NCBI GenBank assembly: GCA_965197905.1
Contig: CBDAOB010000004.1
Location: forward strand, 544,001 to 608,000
Length of the DNA stretch: 64,000 bases
Direction of reading: 5' to 3'
Source: Candidatus Latescibacterota bacterium
GTDB taxonomy: Bacteria; Latescibacterota; UBA2968; UBA8231
Below the pieces are notes generated by a model. It was given only the letters and a program-made list of their open reading frames with translations. It did not search any database and was not told the origin of the DNA. The position numbers and the translations under genes were made by a program. Positions 52,335 to 62,972 of this stretch are shown piece after piece (position 1 is the first letter of the stretch; each line of letters starts with the position of its first letter).

Positions 52335-52819
52335 GGATCCAGCTCCTTGGCTTTGGCGATCAACCCGGTGGTAGATCTGTCATGCCAGAACGACAGGGAC
52401 CGCACCACACCACCGTTCTGCTCAACAACCTCGCGCCCGACGATTTGATCAAGCGGATAGTCTCCGCCTTTTACCAGGATATCAGGGAGAATCACGGCTA
52501 TCGTAGACTCGACGCTGATCTCGTCGAAGATGCAGATGTAGTCCACCGAGCTCAGCTCCGCGAGAAGATGGGCTCGATCCTGCTGGGGAACCAGAGGTCG
52601 GCCAGCGCCCTTCAACGCCCTAACGCTGTCATCGCTGTTGAGACCGACAACCAGCAAATCCCCCAAGCCGCTCGCTTCGCGGAGAAATTCGACATGGCCT
52701 CGATGCAACAGATCGAAGCAACCGTTGGTGAAGACCACGACCTTGCCCTGCTGACGCCAGCTCTTCCGGAGTTGCTCGAGCGCTCGAAGTGAAACAATCT
52801 TGTCGCTCGATGTTATCAT
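52331..52819 (-). CDS. rfaE2: D-glycero-beta-D-manno-heptose 1-phosphate adenylyltransferase
   Basis: FTNGCFDLLHRGH, GLNSDDSV, LVKGGDY, STT. Confidence 0.9.
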   Translation of the reverse strand: MITSSDKIVSLRALEQLRKSWRQQGKVVVFTNGCFDLLHRGHVEFLREASGLGDLLVVGLNSDDSVRALKGAGRPLVPQQDRAHLLAELSSVDYICIFDEISVESTIAVILPDILVKGGDYPLDQIVGREVVEQNGGVVRSLSFWHDRSTTGLIAKAKELDP

Positions 52820-52820
52820 G

Positions 52821-54554
52821 TCAGGGTTCCGAAGCCGCGCGCGTAAGGCGGGCTTTGCGGACGTACTCAAGGAGGAAAACCAGAAACGTGGATACGATCA
52901 ATGCGACTGCTCCGCTGATCGCGGCTTTCTGTTTTGGGGACTCCTGCGGAACGACGCGTGCCTCGATGGCCCGGCTGAGGATCTGGATGTCGCCGGCCGC
53001 CTTTTCGCGAGCGATTCTGGTTTCTTCAAGGAGCTTGGAGAATCGATCGAATGTGCCCTGGTAGGTTTGCTGGCTTCTGTTGAGCCGGTCGCGCCGACTG
53101 AGCAAAGAAGAAAGTTGCCCCTCGACCTCCTTCAGGCTGCTTCGTACCTGCGTGAGCGCCCGATTTTTTCCGGAGATTCTGGCTTGCAAATTCTGCAGCA
53201 GGGGACGCAGGGAGGCAACTTTGCGTCTGCTGTTTGATTGACCGCTTGCACTAACCTCGTATGCATTGCGCAAGCTTCTTATTTGGCGGACTAGGTCCTT
53301 GCGTTCCCGGTTGAATTGCTCGACGAACCCTTCTCTTACCCGACGCAGCGGATAGTAGAGTTTCCGTAGACGAATCAAATTTGACTCTGCCTGGCGCAAA
53401 TCGTTTGCCACCGACGACTTATGCCGACTGGCGGTTGTTTGTTGGTCGGCTTTCAGGCTGTCAAGTTTTTGAGCAATCTCGACGTAGGCGGGGTTTGGCG
53501 TAGAGTTGTCGTTGCCCAATCGCAAGGTGGGCGATCGCGTTTGTAGGGTCCGCTCCACCTCTTGGATCTCTCTTTGAAGGTACAGGTTTCCGCTTTCCGA
53601 CTGCAATAGGTCGGATCGATACAACCGTACGAGACTGTCCAAATCTGAAATTTGTTGCTCCAATTTTTCGTATCCATGCGTCTGATTGAATTCCACTAAT
53701 TTCAAGCCATGTCTCTCATCGAGCTCCTGCAAAGACTGCTCATGCGAATCCAGTTTCAACATGTTGGCGATTACGGAACGCGCCGCAGCTGAGGAAGGCC
53801 AGTCTGAGGAATCTGTCAACACAGAAATGTTGGAGAAAGATAGTGATTTTCCGTTGAACTCAATGGAGGCGAGCCGCTCTTCGGCATTGTGGAGTTCCGC
53901 GCGGTGTGCTTGTTCCTCGACCTGAAAAATGATTAAGGAATCTTGGAGAGCGTTGCGCGCACGCCCTAACATTGAGCGTTGCTCTTCAAGCTCAACTACC
54001 TGGTTGGTAGCTTCGAAGAACTGAAGCGAGTCCTCCGCCGATTCTAGTAACCTGCGACTCCTGTCATATTGGCTGGACACGTAATCGAAAAAGCTCTCAA
54101 CCTCGTCCGAGCTGAGACCCTGGTTCCGGACGAGGAAAATCTCCGCCCACGCGTTGACCAATTCGATCGCCAACGCGGCATCGGTGGATTTTACCTTCAA
54201 CCTGATCCCTGTCTGGTCAACGTTCTCAACTTGAAGGACCCCGTCTAGAGACGAAATTCGACCTCCAAGACCGAGCGAATCTATGAGCGCTTGTTTCAGG
54301 TCGTCCGCCAGCGCGAGCGAATGGTAAAATTGGCTGGAAAGGGATGGCACAGCGACTTCGGTTCCAACTGCCGTACTTGCCATCGGTTTCACCATCAACA
54401 TCACCGCAGCCTCATACCGCGTGGGCGGTGGATCGGCTCGAAAGAACCATCCGCCTGCGAGACCGGCCAGTGTCGCGGCCGCGATCAGCCATTTTCGCTT
54501 CAGCACAACCTCGATATAGTCGATCAGTTCGATCTCTCGCTCGATATCTTTCAT
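52821..54554 (-). CDS. Wzz/GumC-type polysaccharide chain-length regulator
   Basis: EIELIDYI...KRKWLI N-terminal TM, long coiled coil, C-terminal TM. Confidence 0.8.
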   Translation of the reverse strand: MKDIEREIELIDYIEVVLKRKWLIAAATLAGLAGGWFFRADPPPTRYEAAVMLMVKPMASTAVGTEVAVPSLSSQFYHSLALADDLKQALIDSLGLGGRISSLDGVLQVENVDQTGIRLKVKSTDAALAIELVNAWAEIFLVRNQGLSSDEVESFFDYVSSQYDRSRRLLESAEDSLQFFEATNQVVELEEQRSMLGRARNALQDSLIIFQVEEQAHRAELHNAEERLASIEFNGKSLSFSNISVLTDSSDWPSSAAARSVIANMLKLDSHEQSLQELDERHGLKLVEFNQTHGYEKLEQQISDLDSLVRLYRSDLLQSESGNLYLQREIQEVERTLQTRSPTLRLGNDNSTPNPAYVEIAQKLDSLKADQQTTASRHKSSVANDLRQAESNLIRLRKLYYPLRRVREGFVEQFNRERKDLVRQIRSLRNAYEVSASGQSNSRRKVASLRPLLQNLQARISGKNRALTQVRSSLKEVEGQLSSLLSRRDRLNRSQQTYQGTFDRFSKLLEETRIAREKAAGDIQILSRAIEARVVPQESPKQKAAISGAVALIVSTFLVFLLEYVRKARLTRAASEP

Positions 54555-54600
54555 CCTGAATCCCGATCAACCTCGTAAGCTACTGGAGATTTCATACAGT

Positions 54601-54642
54601 TGTGGCCTTCCATAACCCACTGGGTTCAATCGGAAGGCCACA
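54601..54642. other. Hairpin downstream of tRNA-His
   Basis: TGTGGCCTTCC...GGAAGGCCACA 11-bp inverted repeat with no clear U-tract. Confidence 0.5.
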
Positions 54643-54651
54643 AAGAAGAAT

Positions 54652-54728
54652 TGGGGTGAGTGACGGGAATTGAACCCGCGGCCTCCTGGGCCACAACCAG
54701 GTGCTCTAACCAACTGAGCTACACCCAC
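54652..54728 (-). tRNA. tRNA-His(GUG)
   Basis: GTGGGTGTAGCTCAGTTGGTTAGAGCACCTGG-TTGTGGC-CCAGG...CTCACCCCA. Confidence 0.95.
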
Positions 54729-54788
54729 CACACTATGGTTTGCCGGCAAGTAAGCGTTTTGAATATCCGCTGAAGACGTGTGGCATCA

Positions 54789-54865
54789 TGGCGTGCCCAG
54801 CAGGATTCGAACCTGCGACCGGCTGCTTAGAAGGCAGCTGCTCTATCCAGCTGAGCTATGGGCAC
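54789..54865 (-). tRNA. tRNA-Arg(UCU)
   Basis: GTGCCCATAGCTCAGCTGGATAGAGCAGCTGC-CTTCTAA-GCAGC...GGGCACGCCA. Confidence 0.95.
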
Positions 54866-55005
54866 TTCTGCGATTCGACTAACCAAATAATTAACGATGA
54901 GGGGTATATTTGGGCAAGCCACCTGCCTAGGCGGCAAACGGGAATCGATGCCCAGCGGAGTGGTCTATGATGGTCGTGGTCTGTCGCTCTGACCCGGGGC
55001 GGATC

Positions 55006-55518
55006 CTAGTCGGATCGGGTTATGTGAACCACCACCAACAGGGTGCGCAACAGTTCGATGTCGGATGGTTGTCGAATCCGTATACGGAATTCCCCACTAA
55101 CTTCATCCATGCCCCCTGGTCCGAGGCGGATCGGTTGACCAAATGGATTAAAGACATCGATGGTAAAGTCGTCCCTATCCAGGAACCTGAGCTCGTATCG
55201 AATCTCCAAGCTGGCATTCGTGACGTTTGTGAAGCGAATGGTGAAGGATCCAGCCACCTCCTGACCGCCGCCGAATTCTACCGGAAAAAAGCTGGGAAAC
55301 CAGGAAACGCTGTCGACCTGGACGGCTGTGTTTAGTCCGTCTTCGGATACAAACTCCACTCTTGATCGAAGCGATCCTGAAGTAGGTCCGTTGCTTCTTT
55401 CCGGCAAACCGCAGGCGACGAAGCTGACGCAGAAAACCCCGACACCGAGCAGGGTTAACATCGCGCAGATGGAAATCTTCATCGCTTCGGTAATTCGCAA
55501 CGGTCGGTGCGTCTTCAT
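55006..55518 (-). CDS. Hypothetical lipoprotein
   Basis: Lipobox FVAC, beta-rich; start overlaps the upstream gene's stop (ATGA). Confidence 0.65.
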   Translation of the reverse strand: MKTHRPLRITEAMKISICAMLTLLGVGVFCVSFVACGLPERSNGPTSGSLRSRVEFVSEDGLNTAVQVDSVSWFPSFFPVEFGGGQEVAGSFTIRFTNVTNASLEIRYELRFLDRDDFTIDVFNPFGQPIRLGPGGMDEVSGEFRIRIRQPSDIELLRTLLVVVHITRSD

Positions 55519-56516
55519 ATCGGTCCGGCATCCGTTTTCTCAGTTTCAAAAGATCGGGTTTTCTGCAGCATACAGATGAAGAAGCCTTGCATGATCGCAT
55601 CGGGCAGGATGCGCACGGATCGGCCTAGTTCAGGGCGAAATACCAGGCCTTCCCACTGGGTAAATCCCGGCTGCCAGTTGGAGATCGGCAAAGCTAACGG
55701 CCGTGTGTCCAACGCACCGTCGAATCGATCAAGCACCCTGCTTACCACGGCTTCGTTTTCCTCGGGCGAAAACGAGCATGTGGCATACAGCAGCAACCCG
55801 CCCGGCTTGAGGCATTGCGCTGCAGACTGCAGCAGACGTATCTGTTTGCGGCTCATCTCGGCGATCTTGCGTTTGCTCCAATAGCGGTAACTTGCCGGAT
55901 CCGATGCACGGATACGGGATTCTCCCGTACATGGAGCATCCACAAGAACCCGATCGAACTGCTCCAGGCACTGCCGCCACAATCTCGTTCCATCTTTGTG
56001 GTAGACGCGCGCATTGGAGACACCGCAGAGTTCAATATTCCGTCTAAGGCGAAAAAAACGCGAGCGCACCGAATCTACGGCCGAAATCTTGCCATTATTC
56101 TCCATCAGGCCGGACAAATGTACAGTCTTACCTCCGGGAGCGGCGCAGAGATCTAATACCCAATCGGTCTGCTGCGGATTCAACAGGTCAGATGGAATCA
56201 TGCTGGAAACGTTTTGAACGTAGAGGCGACCCTCCGCCTGCGCCGATGACTCGGTCAGCAGGCGACGCTCCTCGGAAGGAACCAGGAAAGCGTCGTTGCG
56301 CCATTCCAGTGGGATCGGGTGCAATCCATCATTCCTGAGTTGTCGCCAGAGCTCAGCCGGTGTTGTCTTCAAGGTGTTCGTCCGAAACGCCGTTGGAGCC
56401 TCGTCCTGCATGTTGCCGAGATGGCGTTCGAGGCACTCCGATGGCAGAATCGATTGCAGCCTTTCGACGAATCCTGCGGGCAGGACTTCATCCGATGCGT
56501 GAGACCCGTCAGTCAT
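55515..56516 (-). CDS. RsmB/NOP2 family rRNA m5C methyltransferase (RsmF-like)
   Basis: VLDLCAAPGGKT, LVDAPC, YATCSF, ENE. Confidence 0.92.
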   Translation of the reverse strand: MTDGSHASDEVLPAGFVERLQSILPSECLERHLGNMQDEAPTAFRTNTLKTTPAELWRQLRNDGLHPIPLEWRNDAFLVPSEERRLLTESSAQAEGRLYVQNVSSMIPSDLLNPQQTDWVLDLCAAPGGKTVHLSGLMENNGKISAVDSVRSRFFRLRRNIELCGVSNARVYHKDGTRLWRQCLEQFDRVLVDAPCTGESRIRASDPASYRYWSKRKIAEMSRKQIRLLQSAAQCLKPGGLLLYATCSFSPEENEAVVSRVLDRFDGALDTRPLALPISNWQPGFTQWEGLVFRPELGRSVRILPDAIMQGFFICMLQKTRSFETEKTDAGPI

Positions 56517-56526
56517 GCAACCTCGA

Positions 56527-57003
56527 CTACGCTTCCGGCACGTGTTTGTCAGCCAACCTTAGCTTGCGACAGATCGTCAACAGCACAGCTTGTTCCGACG
56601 GAGACAACCTATCCGCCTCCGCTACCATGGCCTGAAGGTGAGTAGGCAAAACCGCTTCGATCAAACGGCGACCCTCGTCTGTCAATTGCACGGTGACGAC
56701 TCGTTTGTCCGTCGTCAGCCGTTGGCGCACCACCAGCCCCCGCTTTTCAAGATTGCCCACAACCATGGTGACGTTGCCACCCGTCCTGGACAACTCAGTG
56801 CCAAGAGCGCGTTGGGACAACGGTCCTTCACGCAGCAAGGCCGTCAGCGTGTCCAGCTGGGTAGCCGTAAGCCGATCCCCGATCCGCCGGCGAGCCAGTC
56901 TGCGCCCCACGGCCTGAGCAGCTTGGTGTAATTCAAGGATTACCTCGGCGGCACTGACCCTTGGCGATGCAGGTTCGTCTTCAGATTCCGCTGGTCTGTT
57001 CAT
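56527..57003 (-). CDS. MarR family transcriptional regulator
   Basis: LEKRGLV, DKRVVTVQLTDEG. Confidence 0.9.
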   Translation of the reverse strand: MNRPAESEDEPASPRVSAAEVILELHQAAQAVGRRLARRRIGDRLTATQLDTLTALLREGPLSQRALGTELSRTGGNVTMVVGNLEKRGLVVRQRLTTDKRVVTVQLTDEGRRLIEAVLPTHLQAMVAEADRLSPSEQAVLLTICRKLRLADKHVPEA

Positions 57004-57004
57004 A

Positions 57005-57037
57005 TACTTCAATATTAAACCTTTTAACATTGAAGTA
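57005..57037. promoter_or_regulatory. Palindromic operator abutting the marR start
   Basis: TACTTCAATATTAAA-CCT-TTTAACATTGAAGTA, arms match 14/15. Confidence 0.65.
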
Positions 57038-57201
57038 AAGTCTGCGCTGTGTCCGACCAGTAGCTCAGGCCGGAAAATATCGCCAAATTATTGCATGCCG
57101 CCCCATGTGATCGAAATCACTAGTGAGGGCGCTGGAGATCGTATCTTTTGGTTTGTATTATCGGAGGAGTGCACGCGTCTACGCGACATCGCGATAACGA
57201 C

Positions 57202-58977
57202 ATGGTAAAAGAAACCGAGAACCTGGCTGCGACGATAGCCGACATGCGGCAGGAACTGGCGACCCTGAATTCCAGGAAACTCGCCGAAGAGCGAGCTCTG
57301 GATGAAGTCGAGAAGTCCCTGCTCGCCATTGTCAATGTCGTTCCGGATCTGATATATCGGATTTCCCAGGATGGCACCATCGTATTTATCAACGAAGCGA
57401 TCCGCTCCTATGGCTACGATCCCGAGATCCTCATTGGGACCAGCATCTTCGAGCTGATTCACCCCGACGACGTGGGGAAGGCGCGACACCGAATCAATGA
57501 GCGCCGCACGGGGGGTCGGGGCACCAAGGCCCTTGAGCTACGAATCGTCACCGGCGACAGGAGTTCTGTTCCGTTCGAGTTCAAATCCAGTTCCGCCATC
57601 GAACCCACTCTTATGGTAAACGCGGAGGGTATATACGGATCCTCCGTACCACAGACGGAAAACTTCCTTTTTACTCAAGGCATAGGTCGGGACGTTACTG
57701 AACGCAAGCAGGCAGAGCTCGAGCTTCGAAGGGCTCACGATGAACTTGAAAAGAGGGTTCAGGAACGCACTGAGGAGCTTCGCCAGACGAATCAGCAGCT
57801 ACAGGACGAGATTCTCGAGCGCGAGCGCATGGAAGAGCAGCTTCTCCACGCTCAAAAAATGGAAGCGGTCGGCCAGCTGACCGCCGGCATTGCTCACAAC
57901 TTCAACAACATGCTTCAGGGGGTCGTGGGAAATTTGGAGTTGGCCACGGAGATCGCACAGGGGGATATGCAGATCTACATCCGCGATGCCAACCGGTCTG
58001 CGGGTCGGGCTGTGAAAATGATACAGCAGCTCATGTTGTTCTCAAGAAAGGATCCCACATATTTCTACGCGCCCGTATCGCTCAGAGCTCTGGTGAACAA
58101 CACGGTCGAAATATGCCAGCGTTCGATTGATCGCAAGATCGTCCTTGAGATTAGCGTCCAGGAAGATCTGTCGGTGCTGGGCGACTTGAACCAACTGGAG
58201 CAGGTGTTGCTCAACCTGTGTATCAACGCCCGCGATTCGTTGGAGGAAGCCGAGCAGTCGGCGCCACGTATTTGCGTTGAAGCGTCCGTGCCCACGAGTG
58301 ACCGTCGAGTCGCGGACCGGGGCGGTAGATCAGCGGAGAATTATGTTTGTCTGCGCATCTCGGACAATGGGACGGGCATGGATGAACGGACCCGCGGCCG
58401 CGTCTTCGAACCCTTTTTCACCACCAAGGATGTGGACAAAGGCACCGGATTGGGGCTCGCGACGACCTTCGAGATCGTCAAGCGGCATGACGGTTGGGTC
58501 GAGTGCGTCAGCGAGCTCGGGGCAGGAACGAGCTTCTCGGTGTTTCTGCCCCGAGAAGAGAGCACTTATGAAGAACAATCCTATGAACCGTGCCAGACGT
58601 CTCCTGGGGGCGACGAAACCATTCTCGTCATTGACGACGAAGAGTCGGTGCGCTCAGTAACGAGACGCCTGCTCGCAAGGCAAGGATACACCGTTTTTGA
58701 AGCTGCGAATGGGGAGAGCGGGTTGGAGATTCTTCATGACAAGGAGGAGGAAATCGATCTGGTACTTCTCGATCTTTCCATGCCGGGGATGTCCGGCAGC
58801 GAGGTTCTGGAAAAGCTGGCAGCCGAGCAGTCTCGAACCAGAGTGGTGATATTGACTGGCTACCCAGTTCGAAGCCACGAGTTCACGAACGTGTCGGAAG
58901 TGATTACGAAACCGTTTACCCAGAACGCATTGCTGGCGGGAATCCGAAATGCCCTGAAAACGCCGATCGGGCATTGA
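57202..58977 (+). CDS. PAS-domain hybrid histidine kinase/receiver
   Basis: IHPDD PAS, GIAHNFNN H-box, NARD, DNGTG, GTGLGL, receiver DDE...LDLSMP. Confidence 0.92.
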   Translation: MVKETENLAATIADMRQELATLNSRKLAEERALDEVEKSLLAIVNVVPDLIYRISQDGTIVFINEAIRSYGYDPEILIGTSIFELIHPDDVGKARHRINERRTGGRGTKALELRIVTGDRSSVPFEFKSSSAIEPTLMVNAEGIYGSSVPQTENFLFTQGIGRDVTERKQAELELRRAHDELEKRVQERTEELRQTNQQLQDEILERERMEEQLLHAQKMEAVGQLTAGIAHNFNNMLQGVVGNLELATEIAQGDMQIYIRDANRSAGRAVKMIQQLMLFSRKDPTYFYAPVSLRALVNNTVEICQRSIDRKIVLEISVQEDLSVLGDLNQLEQVLLNLCINARDSLEEAEQSAPRICVEASVPTSDRRVADRGGRSAENYVCLRISDNGTGMDERTRGRVFEPFFTTKDVDKGTGLGLATTFEIVKRHDGWVECVSELGAGTSFSVFLPREESTYEEQSYEPCQTSPGGDETILVIDDEESVRSVTRRLLARQGYTVFEAANGESGLEILHDKEEEIDLVLLDLSMPGMSGSEVLEKLAAEQSRTRVVILTGYPVRSHEFTNVSEVITKPFTQNALLAGIRNALKTPIGH

Positions 58978-59004
58978 GTTCAGCACCAGCCAACGCCGCA
59001 CGAA

Positions 59005-60498
59005 TTATTGAACTGGAAGCCGCAACCCTCTCGGCACCAGAAATCTTTCGCCCAATTCGAAGAGCCCCTGAACTAGCAGCGCCAAAATGGCCGCGGGAAT
59101 AGCCCCCTGAAGTATCAACCCAACGTCATCCAGCCGGATTCCGGTAAGTATGGGTTGCCCCAACCCTCCGGCACCTATTAGCGCTCCCAGGGTTGCGAAA
59201 CCGACGTTGATCACCGCCGAAGTCTTGATACCGGCAAGAATAGCACGTGAGGCCAGCGGAAATTCCACCAGCCGCAGGCGTGTGCCCTCGGGCAGTCCCA
59301 GGGCTTCGGCCGATTCGCGAATATGTTGGGGTATGTCGGTCAATCCTGTCGCGGTGTTGCGGACAATCGGCAACAGGCTGTAGAGAAACAATGCCGCTAA
59401 AGCGGGCGGACCTCCGATCCCCAGAAGCGGAATCATGAGGACGAGGAGCGCCAGCGCCGGAATCGTCTGAATGATGCCGACGACTGCCAGGATCGCCTGT
59501 CCGATTCGCGGTTTTTTCGCGGCCAAGACCCCCAGCGGCACCGCAATCGCGATCGCCGCGATCAAAGAAAGCGCGACCAGAATGAGGTGCTCCCGGGTAC
59601 GGGTCAATAAACGCTGAGGCGCCGAAACCGCCACCGCCTGTACGGCCTCGGCGATATGCGTAGTGAGAAATTCGGCAGCCACCAGGTTCTCGGGGGTCTT
59701 GTCGAGCTTGGCTTTGGCATTCATTTCGACCATTCGCACATCGCTGATGGCGCCTTCGAGCCTGAGTATCGACTCCACGACCCGTGGCGCGCGAGCCAGA
59801 AGATCCTTGCGGTAAAGCAGGACGCCATGATACTCTGGAAAATGGCTGAGATCGTCCCGGAGGACACGTAGATTGTAGTACCTAATCTCAGCATCGGTGG
59901 AATAGAGGTCGGTGACATCGATGGTACCGGCGGCGAGACCGCGATATGCAAGGTCGTGGTTCAGGCCACGAACCTCGCGATGGGCGAATAGGTACCGGTC
60001 TTTCAGGCTTGGCCAGCCGTCACCGCGATCCATGAACTCATTGCTGAAGCCGAATCTCAGGTCGGTCAATCGACGCAGGTCCGAGATGGAATGGGCGCCC
60101 AACCCCGCGGCCACGTCTTCAAGCATCCCCAGCGCATAGGTGTTGTTGAACCCAAGTGGCCGACTCATGGCAATTCCGTGTTCGGCGAGCGCTGAGGCTG
60201 TATCACGGCTCTCGGTCCCTTTTAGTATCTCCTGCACGATTGTCCCCGTATACTCCGGGTAGATGTCGATGTCCCCCCTCAGGAGCGCGTTCCACAGTAC
60301 ACGCGTACCACCTAACTCCCTCTTATAGTCGGTTTCCGCACCGGCTATTTTCCCCAGGTGAACGACCATTTCACCTAGAATCACGGATTCCGTGAACGCT
60401 TTGGATCCGACAGTAATGTGAACTTCCCGGCTCGGTTCGGATGCATGAGCCAAGCCGAACAGAAGGAATATCAGCGGCCAAAGGCGGGCAGCAATCAT
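59005..60498 (-). CDS. Osmoprotectant ABC transporter, fused substrate-binding protein and permease
   Basis: VGSKAFTE, YPEYTGT, NNTYAL, TIPALAL, IGAGGLG. Confidence 0.9.
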   Translation of the reverse strand: MIAARLWPLIFLLFGLAHASEPSREVHITVGSKAFTESVILGEMVVHLGKIAGAETDYKRELGGTRVLWNALLRGDIDIYPEYTGTIVQEILKGTESRDTASALAEHGIAMSRPLGFNNTYALGMLEDVAAGLGAHSISDLRRLTDLRFGFSNEFMDRGDGWPSLKDRYLFAHREVRGLNHDLAYRGLAAGTIDVTDLYSTDAEIRYYNLRVLRDDLSHFPEYHGVLLYRKDLLARAPRVVESILRLEGAISDVRMVEMNAKAKLDKTPENLVAAEFLTTHIAEAVQAVAVSAPQRLLTRTREHLILVALSLIAAIAIAVPLGVLAAKKPRIGQAILAVVGIIQTIPALALLVLMIPLLGIGGPPALAALFLYSLLPIVRNTATGLTDIPQHIRESAEALGLPEGTRLRLVEFPLASRAILAGIKTSAVINVGFATLGALIGAGGLGQPILTGIRLDDVGLILQGAIPAAILALLVQGLFELGERFLVPRGLRLPVQ

Positions 60499-61256
60499 AG
60501 AAGGTCCCCAGAGAAACCGCGCTGGGCATTGATGAATTTCGTTACGAACGGGTCTTTTGGTGCATCGACCAGCTCGTCCATCGCCCCCTGTTGGACGATC
60601 TTTCCCTCCTTCAACAACACGATGACATCGCCGAAAAACCCAGCTTCGTGAATGTCGTGGGTTACCAACACCACTGTCTTTCTCAATTCGAGAAAAATCT
60701 TCCTCAGATCCTCCTGAAGGTCCGACCGAACCATTGGGTCCAGGGCGGCGAGGGGTTCGTCCATCAGCAGAATCTCGGGATCGAGGAAGAGGGCACGCAT
60801 CAGGCTCACGCGCTGGCATTGTCCCCCCGACAACTGCGAAGGGTAGCGATCCAATCCGTCCACGGGAAATCGCGTGAGTTCTGCAAGATCGATGATTCGG
60901 CTTTCAAGCTGCTTTTTGCTCCACCCGAGGTAACTGGCCACCAGGGTCGCGTTTTCTCGCGCCGATAGATGGGGAAACAGACCGCCGTCTTGAATGACGT
61001 ATCCCATTCTCCGGCGGAGTTCCATCGTGTCCTGGGCGGTAAAGCTCGCATCGTTGAAAAGCACCTTGCCGGAGTCGGATTGGATCAGATTGATCATCAG
61101 GCGAAGCAGCGTCGATTTGCCGCATCCGCTCGGACCGATTAGTACCGTTGTTTTCGCCACGGCGAGATTCAGATCCGTCGGATGGAGAGCTATGGATCCA
61201 TCGAATGCTTTGGAGACGTTTTCTAGTTTTAGCATGATGTTCAGGGTGCCGCTCAT
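60495..61256 (-). CDS. Osmoprotectant ABC transporter ATP-binding protein
   Basis: GPSGCGKST, LSGGQ, LMDEP, VTHD. Confidence 0.93.
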   Translation of the reverse strand: MSGTLNIMLKLENVSKAFDGSIALHPTDLNLAVAKTTVLIGPSGCGKSTLLRLMINLIQSDSGKVLFNDASFTAQDTMELRRRMGYVIQDGGLFPHLSARENATLVASYLGWSKKQLESRIIDLAELTRFPVDGLDRYPSQLSGGQCQRVSLMRALFLDPEILLMDEPLAALDPMVRSDLQEDLRKIFLELRKTVVLVTHDIHEAGFFGDVIVLLKEGKIVQQGAMDELVDAPKDPFVTKFINAQRGFSGDLL

Positions 61257-61278
61257 TGCCGTTGGACTTCCAATCTAA

Positions 61279-62828
61279 CCTTGATTCGGCATTAACTCGG
61301 TGAAATTTTGGCTGTTCAGTGCGCGCCATTCGGCGGTGAATTTGAGAATCTCCCATAGCAAAAAGGCCTTTCGTTCCGGTTATTTGGAAGTGGCGATACT
61401 CCCTTTTCACCAAAAACGAAAGGCCACGTACTGTGAGACGAAAGAAAGCGGATTTGAGGACGCGCGTCAACCACAATTTGGCCGTCGAATTCACCGCCGA
61501 AGGCCTCACTTCGTATGCCGGTTTGGAGCTGTTGATCCGGTATTGGCGCGGCATCGGATGGAACCGTCAATTGCGTCGGCACCTGTCTGCCGTCGTTCCG
61601 GGCAGTGATTTCGGCATGGTAGGTCTGTGTCGGGTGCTCCTCGGTCTGCTGCTGGTGGGTGGCCGTCGACTGCGACATCTGGGCTTCTTGCAAGGAGATC
61701 CTTTGCTGCAGCGGTTTTGCGGTCTGAAAGACCTGCCCACCGACGGCAGTGTCAGCCGCTGGCTCAAACGCTTCACGGTGGCCGCCGAAGAGGCGTTGAA
61801 AACGCTCAACGCCGATGTCGTCGCCGGGGTGATCGGTCTGTTGAAGGCCCGCACACTGAGCATCGACATCGATGGCACGGTGCTGTGCACCGGCCACAAG
61901 GTCGGCGGTGCCTGCCGTGGGTACAACCCGCATCATCGCAAGGTCCCCAGTTACTATCCCATCACCGCTTACCTGGCCGACAGCGGTCATTTTCTCCGGC
62001 TCCACAACCGTCCGGGCAACGTCAACGATGGCGCTTCCTCCATCCCGTTTCTACAGGCGGTGTTCGAGCAAATCGAACAGACCTTGGGGCGCTCATACCG
62101 GCTGCGATTTCGCATGGACGGCGCCTTTTTCAGGGAGGATGTGATTGCGACCTGGATGCTCATCGTGCCCAGTATGCTATCAAGGTGCCGTTCTGGCGCT
62201 GCCTGGACCTGCAAACCCAGATCCGCCAACGTCGTCGTTGGCAGCGCGTCGAAGACGGCGTCGACGGCTTCTTTTCTTCGGTCAAGGTCGGCAAGTGGAA
62301 ACGCACCCTTAACGTGGTCATCTTTCGCAAGCGGGTGATGCATCCCACGCGCAAGAATTACCAGTTGGACCTGTTCGAGCCGGATAACGGCACCTGGGAA
62401 TACTCCGCGCTGGCCACCAATCTACCTTTCGATGCAAAATCGCTCTGGCGCTTCATGGGTGGTCGCGGCCTACACGAAAAAGCCATCGGCGAACTCAAGA
62501 CGGGGCTGGCCTTCGACGCCATTCCCACGGATGACTACCGGGCCAACAGCGTCTGGCAACAATTTGTCGTGCTGGCGCACAATCTCCTAGCCAATTTCCA
62601 GATCGAATCCGGGCTCATAAAGCGCCACCGAACCAGGAAGAATACCGCCCGCTGGGCCCTGAAATCCGTGCGCACGCTACGTTTCGAGCTGTTCAACCGC
62701 GCCGGACACTTGATGCACCCGGAAGGACGAGCCACTTTGCGTCTGCAACGCAACAAGAAGGCCGAAAAACAGTTCCGAAAAATCAGCGCAGCTCTACGAA
62801 AAGTCGCCTGATTTTTGCCGAATCAAGG
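61279..62828 (+). mobile_element. IS1380-family insertion sequence
   Basis: Perfect 13-bp TIR CCTTGATTCGGCA/TGCCGAATCAAGG; 4-bp TSD CTAA at 61275-61278 and 62829-62832. Confidence 0.9.
61433..62811 (+). pseudogene. IS1380 DDE transposase with a frameshift near 62150
   Basis: LTSYAGL, IDIDGT, SYYP, RPGN, RMDGAFF in one frame; RGLHEKAIGELK and LAHNL in another. Confidence 0.85.
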
Positions 62829-62972
62829 CTAACCCTTGATTCCTCTCTAGGCTAAGTCGCCGAGAGTGCCGTGCCGGGTCCCCCATATTCAGGTTTTGCG
62901 TTCTGGAAAGCGAATGGTGAGTATATTTGTAGCAACGCCGAACCGCGCCCACCCCATAAAAAAGAGGAACCT

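Noticed and set aside
62140..62160. Programmed frameshift in the IS1380 transposase
   Set aside because: IS1380 transposases are normally single ORFs and no clear slippery heptamer is present; mutation or sequencing indel is more likely
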